A DNA stretch of 64,000 nt from Epithemia pelagica (taxonomy: Eukaryota > Protista > Bacillariophyta). Below are positions 37,105-46,114 of this stretch, one piece after another. The notes below the pieces were generated by a model that saw nothing but the letters and a program-made list of their open reading frames with translations, was not told where the DNA came from and ran no database searches. Both the position numbers and the translations under genes were made by a program. Within the stretch, counting starts at the first letter, position 1, and each line of letters opens with the position of its first letter. The DNA is taken from assembly GCA_946965045.2 (NCBI GenBank), contig OX337233.1:62001-126000 (forward strand), written 5' to 3'.

Positions 37105-38292
37105 TCAAGTTTCATTCTTCCCTTCATCACCACGGTGCGCATTGGACCTTGCGCGTTTACGAACTAATGTCGAGGTGGAAAAGCGCGAAATGTCAGCATC
37201 TCGGATACCCATTCCTTCCCGGAACTGGTACCATTCGTTCTGAGGCTGCTCATAGAGTCGTCGAAAACACCACGTATTCTTGTCCATTAATGGGAATGTC
37301 GCACAGGTACGATTGTCCAGTCCACCGATCACGGCAACTTGATTGGCAACGGTCACCATACTGCAGCACCATCGTTGTTCTTGCAGTCGACGAAGATTCC
37401 ACACGCGGTTGCGAAGCGTATCCAAGACTTCCACACTTAAATTGCCTCGTCCTCCCGCCACCACCAGACAAGATCCCACGGCTACCATTGCACAAAAAGC
37501 TCGAGGGTTGGAAAGCACCAATTCAGAGTGAGTGGTCCAAGCGGACGAGAAGGAAATGACTGTCGTCAAAGAGTCGTCTTTTCTCTCCTCTGCAAAGTCC
37601 AAATACTCCACCGAATCAAGTACATTGTCATCGTTTCGGCCTCCAACGACAAAGATGCGGTGTCCAACGACTGCGCTGTCAAAGTATGATCGAGGAACAG
37701 TCATAGATGGTCCCTCAATGAGAGTGTGATTGCTGGTATCAACAATATCCACCGAAGACCAATAACGATTGCTGCGTCCACCCATTACAACGATGTATCG
37801 GTTGTGCACGGCAACAGCACAACATCCCACTCGTCCCGTTGATAATCGACATGTCAATGTTGTCCAATGACTCTCATGTGTGGTGGTTTTTGTTAAAGAT
37901 GATTGTAGTATATCGTTGGTATCAATGAGTTCGATACAATCCCAAATTGAATCTCGATGGCGTCCTCCCATCACGTACACGGCTCCGTTGCAAACAACAG
38001 CGGCATGTCCATCACGTGCCTTGTTCATGGGTGGCCCTTCTCGCCACTGCTTGCTGGGGTCTGCTAGATTCAATACAAGAATGGAATCTAGCTCGCCTTG
38101 ACCTGTTCGATATCCACCCAACACGACGACGGTTTGTTCCTTGTGGTTATCGGTATGATCGACTACAACCGAAGCATGATAGTAACGCCATCCACCCTCA
38201 AGAGGAGGCCAGTCCTCGAAATTCCATTCAGGTGGCTCGTCCGATAAGACAAGGCCCGACTGTCGTGCTTGTTCTTTCAGTGTCATGCTCAT
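37105..38292 (-). CDS. Kelch-repeat protein K11
   Basis: Six blades; ATG at 38292; C-terminal VRKRARS. Confidence 0.9.
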   Translation of the reverse strand: MSMTLKEQARQSGLVLSDEPPEWNFEDWPPLEGGWRYYHASVVVDHTDNHKEQTVVVLGGYRTGQGELDSILVLNLADPSKQWREGPPMNKARDGHAAVVCNGAVYVMGGRHRDSIWDCIELIDTNDILQSSLTKTTTHESHWTTLTCRLSTGRVGCCAVAVHNRYIVVMGGRSNRYWSSVDIVDTSNHTLIEGPSMTVPRSYFDSAVVGHRIFVVGGRNDDNVLDSVEYLDFAEERKDDSLTTVISFSSAWTTHSELVLSNPRAFCAMVAVGSCLVVAGGRGNLSVEVLDTLRNRVWNLRRLQEQRWCCSMVTVANQVAVIGGLDNRTCATFPLMDKNTWCFRRLYEQPQNEWYQFREGMGIRDADISRFSTSTLVRKRARSNAHRGDEGKNET

Positions 38293-38748
38293 GGTTCTAA
38301 ACAATGACTGCAGAATTTATGGGGATCGAGACACTGTCTTGTAAGGCACGTAAGTTTGCTCTGCTCCTTTCATTATGATGGGTGTGGACTGGAAGCACGA
38401 CGACTGACTTGACGAAATGGATGGGTTACGAGACAAATCGTGACCATAGCAACGCGATGAAGAAGACCACGCATCCTTCTTGGGAGTATCGTGGGGGCGT
38501 TTTTGGATACCGAAATAAACCTGTGATTGCTGATGGGTTCGGACTTATCCCCAGCGGTGAAGATCCAGGGTTCAGGGCTGGTCTTATCTTGTGTGAACAT
38601 TCACAAAGTTCACACAAAAACAGCTTCGGCATGTCACAGTTTTTAGGCGTGAAAATCGAGGGTCCAATCCTGAAGTTCACGTTTTAACTTTTTTCACATC
38701 CCCCGCCCGTCTGTCTTCATCCCCCGTCTACAAACATGCCTCATCCAT

Positions 38749-39093
38749 GTGCACCAAGAGACCAACAATCAAACAGCAAAAGTCAACGCCATGACGTCGA
38801 AGTCTAATTACGAAAAATTGGAGGAGATGGAAACCATGGAAATGGAGTCTCAACACCAAAATATAGAAAAGATTGCTAGACTTACTGAAATCATAATGTT
38901 ACTCAAGAAAAACAAGAAATCAACTAGGCGACGCAGATCAAGGATTCCACTCAAACGTGTGGACTGGAAGACGTTCTCGGAAGCCCACATGAAAAATAAC
39001 GAGAAGGACTTCATCAAGTGTTTGAGGATGCCCCTGAAGGCCTTTGAAAAACTGCACGAGATTCTCAAGGATGATCTTCATAAGTATTTTTAA
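38749..39093 (+). pseudogene. Harbinger transposase N-terminal fragment
   Basis: DFIKCLRMPLKAFEKLHEIL resembles the F..FRM....F..L...L motif of Harbinger transposases; it ends abruptly with no DDE core. Confidence 0.7.
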
Positions 39094-39871
39094 TGGAGGG
39101 ATTGACTCCGGAAGAAATGGCATCTTCCACATGGTCGTTGTACACTTCATTCTTTTCGTCATCTTCTCGTTTTTCAAGTTTGCCATACGGATCTTGTTGA
39201 ACTGCAACCTCGACCTCTACATCGCTGGCGTCGTCTTCTTGGTCTTTCTCGGCCGGGAATAGCATCTGTGGGGAGGGTTCCTTGTCCTTCATTGTCTCTG
39301 GGATGTCCTTGTGTTTGATAGGAGTACACTCCGATCCATTCACTTCATCCGTAACAGTCTTCCAAAATCGTTGGAAATGTGATCCGTTCCCTGTTTCTTG
39401 TACTGCCCTTGGCCTGGCATCATTAATTGTCATAAAATCATCAATGTGATCACGATGGAAGATTACATTGATAATGCGACAGTGAGTTGACGGCACTTGT
39501 TCAAGGCGATGGTTGATCGTACCAATTTCTTGTTTCGTTCGTAGTAAGTGGTATCGCAATTCTGTCTTGTTGAGATTTCCCCTTGTTATACCAATCTTTC
39601 TAACCAGCTTTCTCAATAGATGGACTGACAGGTCCTTATCCAGGTGGGCTGTGTGGTTGTCTCTTGAGATAGTACAGGCAACTTCGACCAGTTCCTCTTC
39701 TCCGAGCTGGTTTTTAATCATCCTAAATTCTGTGGTCAACTGGAAGTCATTTAGAGTTGATGTATCCAACGCATTCAAAAAGTCAGGCATGGGCTTCTCC
39801 ACACGCTTTGGTTTTTTCTTGGATGGACCATCTTCATGAGGTGCAGGGGTTGGCTGTGGAGGCTCCGCCAT
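39065..39871 (-). CDS. Harbinger accessory (putative DNA-binding) ORF, probably 3'-truncated, 268 aa
   Basis: Second convergent ORF inside the TIRs, as expected for PIF/Harbinger; NLS-like KKKPKR. Confidence 0.6.
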   Translation of the reverse strand: MAEPPQPTPAPHEDGPSKKKPKRVEKPMPDFLNALDTSTLNDFQLTTEFRMIKNQLGEEELVEVACTISRDNHTAHLDKDLSVHLLRKLVRKIGITRGNLNKTELRYHLLRTKQEIGTINHRLEQVPSTHCRIINVIFHRDHIDDFMTINDARPRAVQETGNGSHFQRFWKTVTDEVNGSECTPIKHKDIPETMKDKEPSPQMLFPAEKDQEDDASDVEVEVAVQQDPYGKLEKREDDEKNEVYNDHVEDAISSGVNPSIKNTYEDHP

Positions 39872-40666
39872 GGTGGATGATGTCGAAGTTGGATTCGTTG
39901 TTCCGGTGGTTCCGGAGGGGCTAGAGGCGTAGGGGCTAAAAGACTACACCTAGACATGATAGACACTGTGTGAACTTTTTGTGACAAGTGAACAAGCGTT
40001 TCAAATCCGATTTTGTGAATTCACGAATTTTTCACGGCCACGTCATAGCACATGTGCAAAATGGTGAACTTTTGTGAACTTTGTGAATGTTCACGAAAGA
40101 TAAGACCAGCCCTCAGTTGTGAGCACTCACCAAAAAAGTTACTCTTCCGAATCTCTACCTAGCCTTTCCCAGCCAGTCACGGACGGGTGATCTTATGAAA
40201 TCTCAGTCATCTTCCCCCACTCCCCACCAGTCATTGAAACAGGCAATTGCAAGGGCAATAGCAAAAAATATTGTTGAGGATGTGACGCAGTATCGTCTCG
40301 TTGGGCTAACCACGAACCAACAACCAGAAATCAAACAACACACTCTCTGGAATGAAATGGAACCAAACGATGCAGCCAAACACCACTGTCTGGTATCATC
40401 GTCATTATCTTCATCATTGTCTTGTTGCTGTTGTTTGCAATTCACTGTGGGGTTGTCGTGGTCGGAGCGGTAATTCAGTGGTGACCTCTCAAGCTACCCT
40501 TGCTCGTTGGACGGGCGTGACCTTGGTTCTTCTTTGTCGGTATCTCTTTCAACCATTGATCATCTTCCAAGACGACGCTGCATGTTTGGATGCATATGGT
40601 GCTCGCCGCTTCCACACGCTCTTGTGCGAATATCGAAAGGATTCGATCAGTCCCATCTACAACTTG

Positions 40667-40730
40667 ATGCCAACAGCGACTTTCAAACCCTGAAGAGTAT
40701 GCCAACAGCGACTTTCAAACCCTGGAGAGT
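40667..40730 (+). repeat. 32-bp tandem duplication
   Basis: ATGCCAACAGCGACTTTCAAACCCTG(A/G)AGAGT x2. Confidence 0.8.
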
Positions 40731-41399
40731 TTGCTATATAGTCGCCGCGCATTGTGGCTCGATTGAATGCAATTGAAGACCTTGCGACACTCGGGAATTG
40801 GGATGCTACATGCTACGTCGCCCCAGAAGCAAGATGGACAATATCACACATTGCGTAGTCGAAGTGGTCAGGTTCCACCGCGCGGTTTGGGGTACTGACT
40901 GAGAATTCTCACCATACCTTTTGACCGTGCTACACATGCCCGATTCTTGGTTGGTGTTGAATTCCACTCGCTCGGGAACATACTGGTTGTCCAGGCAGTC
41001 CCACACCGCCAGGTTACCCAGACTTTTACTTACCCAAAACCCTTTTTGCCATTGACGTCCAAACCATCGACCCCTGTTCCGACCACCACTTTCTCAAGGC
41101 AAGAAAACAATCAACCGTTGCCAGAGCAAACGCTTACTGTCATTGATGTTTGGTTAGATCAAGGTAGCTCCGAGCATAGCGCGTCTCGGTCTGCCTCCAG
41201 TCACGAGAGTGTCTCCGTGTCATGTGGACAAGGAGATTATGCATTCCGAGGATGGAAACGAGTGGTGCGAGGGAGTATTACTTGCCACAGAGAAATACCG
41301 CAGGGACTGCCAAAGTAACCTTACTCAACAATACGACAATAGCACTCAACACAGAGCAAAACTCTACAGAATCCATGTTCGGACCACAGTCGCGTTCTC

Positions 41400-42000
41400 C
41401 CGGACATGCCGTATGACATGATTCACATGATAATTCCACAGGTATCAGATAATAAGAAACTGTTTGCGATCAAAATGATTATATGATAGTTTCACCATTG
41501 TAGGACATTAATGCAACGTGATGCCAACGCGTGGAAGCTTTGCTTTTTTGCGTGGAGACTGCGGTGTGTTTTTTATGGAGATAGAAAAGTTGTGCCTGTC
41601 CTGCGTACGATGGTGAAGGGCAATCAATCGCACATAGATTTCATGACAAGCCCCCAAAAGTATCTTTTGTGCTGCATTAATATGATACGACACAAAACAA
41701 GGGAGAGCGAGAGATCCCAAATATAGTGATGAAGAGGTCCTTTTGAATGATACATTGGTCCACAGATTGGTAATTCAACATCCACAGATCGACAATCCCT
41801 AATTTCCAAGTCATCTCGTCCCACGCCATTCGTGGAACACCATTCTTTCCTTGGTCCTATACAGTCTGTTCACAACGACAGCAACAACAGAGAGAGTGGT
41901 CCTCTCTTGACTCTTGATCCAATGATTTGAATGCATCGGGTATATAGTGAAGGAAGCAAGGCCACGACATGATGGACCAGAAGGAACCCATTGTGACGCG
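41400..42000 (-). other. Empty Kelch unit: downstream flank fused to upstream module A, CDS deleted at ~41525
   Basis: GGACATTAATGCAACGTGATGCC (Kelch 3' flank, cf. ~10036-10058) is joined directly to AACGCGTGGAAGCTTT (upstream module, cf. ~5467). Confidence 0.82.
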
Positions 42001-43297
42001 CTTCCCGTGTTGCATTAACAGCAGATGCCTGCATTCGTCTTCTTTGGACCGCTTTCGAGAATGTCACGTGGCTGTGGTTGGACCGCAAAGGTTGGTCCCT
42101 TATGTCATTATTGATACCGACTCCATCAATCATCATCTTTATGGGAGAGCCAAATCCGTGTCGTGCCGTCTTCGCCGGTTGTCAGTAATGCTCGCGCATG
42201 TCGTCCAATGATTGTGGCAGACGCATATCGCACGGGCTCAAGGGCCTCCGTTCGCCAATGGTGGGCGTCAGGACCGGTGCTACATTTGTCAATGGGTGAT
42301 GTTGTCATCTCGATTGAAAACCACAAGAGTTCAAGAAGCAAAAGGTGAACCAGAGGAGTCGTCGCTTCGATGCACCTGGCGTCGAGAACGTACAAGAGTT
42401 TTGTGTGTCAGGATATGTCAAATTGCCGGTGTCAAACCACTAATGACGAAAATACACCGTTGCAACAAAAGAGGCCGTTGGAAATTGCAGGATGTGACTG
42501 ACAGATTCGGGAGTTGCATTCCTGTGGGTCTATTCCAAAAACATCCAGTTCCGCAATTTCTGAAACAGAGGTGGTAGTACAACGGCAAGAACAGGAACAA
42601 GACAATCACAGAGTGGCCTTGTCCAATGCCAGTGTGTTCTGTGACATGAAACACCGATCGCGAACATGGATATCGACTGTGAATCCAAGCCTGGTAGCAG
42701 CTGCAGCGGCGGCAACATTGCAGTTTGAGCGTGGCTCGATCGATTCTCTGGTGTTTATTGGCCTGGAGCTTGGTCCATAGTTTGACAGCACCCGACAAGA
42801 TCTAAGCAATCTCCTTGTCTATGCAACGACGGCAACCAGAATGCATCTCTTCAGCCAACGTGACTCAAGTGTGCTTTCAGCTTCACGATTACACCAAGGC
42901 TTGGTCCGAATGCGCAGTCTTTGTCGGAAACGAGTCTTGTCCGTCCAACTTTCGACCGTGTCATTGTCATGGGTGGGGATCTGCGGCCACGATAACAGAA
43001 TTTTAGATTCACAAAGCAGTGTCGACGAGCAATACTGTCCCAGTAGTCTGAGGAAAGTTTGGTGGCCGTTCTATTACCCGAAATTTGTGCACGAGATGCT
43101 CACCATCAGTCCGTCTTACCACTTGTTCTCTTTGCCCAGAAACATGTCCCTTGAGTTGTCTCAGGCTGCCGAGAGCCAAGATCTACTATCTGGGTAATCC
43201 ACTTTTTCGACGTTGATCTTTTTTGTACGCCTACTCTTTCGCCCTATAGTCTTTTCCTACTGCTTTCTACGTGAGATCCTACGGTGTCGCTCTTACG

Positions 43298-46114
43298 ATG
43301 ACCAACCGCCGTTCTCCTTCCAGCTCTGGCGGCCGATCCCATGGTCGCTCTCCATCCTCTTCGACGACTTCCAGCACCTCTGCGGTTCAGTCGAATGTCA
43401 CCCAGTTCTTTACTTCGACGCCGGCGACAGCAACTACTTCCACCAGGCGATCCTCTTCCTCGTCCTCTCGTCCCACCGACACTCCAGCGGTCTCTGCGGC
43501 CAACTCGCGTGGTCCTTCTACGGCTGCGTCCCCTTCACCCGCTACGGCGTCGGCGAGTCGTCCTACATACGCTGGGGTGGCGGCGATGGACGTCGACCAT
43601 GGTTCCTTGCACGACGACCCAACCGATCCGATTGTTGATGATTCTCCCAGGAGGTCTGTGTTGGCCCCAGTTCGTCCCCCTCGATCCCCTCCCAACGCTC
43701 GGGGTCAACGTTCCGTATCATCCCAGCCCAATTCGCCAGCTGGACGTGGATCCCCGTCCCAACGCCACTCCACTGTCACGAACTCCGGATCTTCTCATGG
43801 CTCACCCTCGACTACACCTTCTGCTTCTAGTCGTGGTTCTTCCCCCATGGGTCCAGGTCGGGGTGGGAGGGCTCCTTTGGTCAGAGGTATCCCTGTTGCT
43901 GCCGGTCGGAGTCGAGGACGTTCCGCATCGTCGGCGCGTCGATCCAGCGCGGCTTCTCCCAACGACGTACCCATGGCTGAGGCTCGTTTAGTCCATGATG
44001 GTGTTCGGACCAGGGCCCAGGCGGCGTCTGCGGCTGTCTCTGCGGCCACGGTGATTCCCCACACCGCGTCTCAGACTCCACAGCTCGCGGCTGCTTCTCA
44101 ACTTCAACGTCGCACGCAGCCACCTTCCTCCTCTCGTCCTTCTCCGTCCCGTGGGGGATTTCAAGCCCTCCTGTCGGCCGAAGTCCAAGCCCTCCAGGCG
44201 GAGGAACGTGCTCAACAAACGGAAGATGCGGCGACAGGTGTCACGGCTGCGACAACTCCCCCAGGTGCTCTCGACGATCAGGACATGTCCAACGCCGCTA
44301 CAGTGGCCACCGATAATACTGAAGGTTCGTTCGTTCAAATGTTTGTTCATCAACCGGTGGCGGCTTCGATTCCGGCTACGATTGGGGGCCCGACTGGGCC
44401 CTCTCCTCCCACTGCGCCACGTCGTCCCCCAGGTCCCACACTACAACCCACAAATCCATATCTTTGTTACGAATTACTTCCTTCCCGCCCCGTGGAGGCT
44501 CGCTATGAAATGCGATTGCAACTCGCACCTTCCAGTAATGCTGACGCCGGGCTCCGCTCCACTCTTGTGGCGTTTTTTACGAAGATTCGCGAGTACGATG
44601 GGACGTTAGTGATCCATCCGTGGGCCGATCGAGACAACACTACGCAACAAAATGGTCAACGGCGTTGGCGTGCCTTGGCAAAGCCGGAAGATATTCCCGC
44701 TACGATGGACGGTCTTCGGCACTACTTTCCGCGGGCGCTTCCTAAACCGACTGGGGGGTTCGTATATCCATCGGTGCATCTCGGTCATTCGAAGTCATTC
44801 GAATCCTTGAAGCACGATTTGGCGTGGTGGTTTCAAAGCGAGCGCCATGGTCTATGGACTCGGCAATTACAATGTGAGTCGACTTATATTGTGGGTTGGG
44901 GACTCTACTCCCTCCAATCGATGCACATCCCGGAGCTTAAGCGCGTTCTCGAAGAAGCGCTCGGCTTTCCCATTGACCTCCGTTGGCGTACTATCCAAAC
45001 GGGTCAAGCAGGGGCCATTCCTGCGGACCAGATGGCCAAGGCTTTGCATTTTGAAGTCAATCGGGTTCATAAACGGGAAGCCAAGCGTCGGTTGGCCGAC
45101 CTCTACGCTAGGACAGCCACCACCTTCCCGCTGGGTATCAAGATGCGTCTTGTTTGGCCGTTGTCGGACGTGATGAATATGAGGACTCGGACGAAAGTGG
45201 CCGCCCTTCGCTTGCGACAGCTACAGTTTTGCACTCACATGAGGGGAATGCGTTCATGGGAGCTTCATTCCATAGACAAACCGGACCCAGGGACCAATCT
45301 GACCCTTCGGTCCAGACTGATGGATATTCGAAGTACGGCCGACGGCCATCAACTCTTTCATTCGGTGGACCCCAGCCACGTGGGTGAGGGTGCCATGCAA
45401 TTTGCCTTTCATCCGGCAAGAGAAGAGGAGGCCCGCGCAATGATCATCGCGCTTATCCCCTACCTTCGATGGAAGATGGCGCAGGAGGTCCCGGACTCTT
45501 CAGACGTCGCCCGCGAACGGTTCTTTGCCAAATCCTTATATTGTCATTTCAGCAAGGATGCGTTGGACCGCGCTGTGGGGGCGGTTTGGAACCCGGACAC
45601 CATGACCGTGGACTCCCCTGCCGATGAGTATAATGGGTGGGTTTTTGATTCGGGGGATGGGGAGCTCGATTGCTCCGGCTTCGGCGACGATGTCACTCCG
45701 GCGTCCACGCTGGCGACTTCGGTGACTCATACCTTGGTTCGTCCCCATGACGCCGCGGGAGACCAAGATAGCGTTTCCACATTGCCCCAAGGAACGTCTC
45801 TGGCTTCGACAGCTAGTACTGGTTCTCGTTCCACCCGTTCTCGCGCTCGCTCCCGTGGTCCCCCCGATCCTGGTGCTGGTCCTTCGGCATCCACGACCGC
45901 TTCGTCCCTTTCCTCTCCCTCTGTGCACCTTTCTTCGACTCCTCAACTTCAACCTTTTTTGACTTCACTCACGTCCTTATTAGCAAATCTCCCAGACTCA
46001 GCCCAGACTCAAGAATTACGTGCCCAGTTGGCCACCTTAACTTCGGCCCCGACCGATCCCTCTGCTTCCTCTTCCCCGTCGGCCCCTCCTGCGGCGACGG
46101 GGCAGGGCCATTAG
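43298..46114 (+). CDS. LINE ORF1: long Ser/Pro/Arg/Ala-rich N-terminus plus globular C-terminal region
   Basis: First ATG at 43298 within ORF 43271-46114; lies upstream of ORF2. Confidence 0.82.
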   Translation: MTNRRSPSSSGGRSHGRSPSSSTTSSTSAVQSNVTQFFTSTPATATTSTRRSSSSSSRPTDTPAVSAANSRGPSTAASPSPATASASRPTYAGVAAMDVDHGSLHDDPTDPIVDDSPRRSVLAPVRPPRSPPNARGQRSVSSQPNSPAGRGSPSQRHSTVTNSGSSHGSPSTTPSASSRGSSPMGPGRGGRAPLVRGIPVAAGRSRGRSASSARRSSAASPNDVPMAEARLVHDGVRTRAQAASAAVSAATVIPHTASQTPQLAAASQLQRRTQPPSSSRPSPSRGGFQALLSAEVQALQAEERAQQTEDAATGVTAATTPPGALDDQDMSNAATVATDNTEGSFVQMFVHQPVAASIPATIGGPTGPSPPTAPRRPPGPTLQPTNPYLCYELLPSRPVEARYEMRLQLAPSSNADAGLRSTLVAFFTKIREYDGTLVIHPWADRDNTTQQNGQRRWRALAKPEDIPATMDGLRHYFPRALPKPTGGFVYPSVHLGHSKSFESLKHDLAWWFQSERHGLWTRQLQCESTYIVGWGLYSLQSMHIPELKRVLEEALGFPIDLRWRTIQTGQAGAIPADQMAKALHFEVNRVHKREAKRRLADLYARTATTFPLGIKMRLVWPLSDVMNMRTRTKVAALRLRQLQFCTHMRGMRSWELHSIDKPDPGTNLTLRSRLMDIRSTADGHQLFHSVDPSHVGEGAMQFAFHPAREEEARAMIIALIPYLRWKMAQEVPDSSDVARERFFAKSLYCHFSKDALDRAVGAVWNPDTMTVDSPADEYNGWVFDSGDGELDCSGFGDDVTPASTLATSVTHTLVRPHDAAGDQDSVSTLPQGTSLASTASTGSRSTRSRARSRGPPDPGAGPSASTTASSLSSPSVHLSSTPQLQPFLTSLTSLLANLPDSAQTQELRAQLATLTSAPTDPSASSSPSAPPAATGQGH

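Larger units (their letters stand above)
38575..40112. mobile_element. PIF/Harbinger DNA transposon, internally deleted (1538 bp)
   Basis: ~40-bp TIRs beginning GGGCTGGTCTTATCTT with 2 mismatches; 3-bp TSD TCA (38572-38574, 40113-40115); two convergent truncated ORFs. Confidence 0.88.

Noticed and set aside
3209-38101. Many 60-150 aa ORFs overlapping Kelch genes on the opposite strand or in other frames
   Set aside because: They recur only because the Kelch DNA is repeated; stops and starts are not conserved and no motifs are recognisable.
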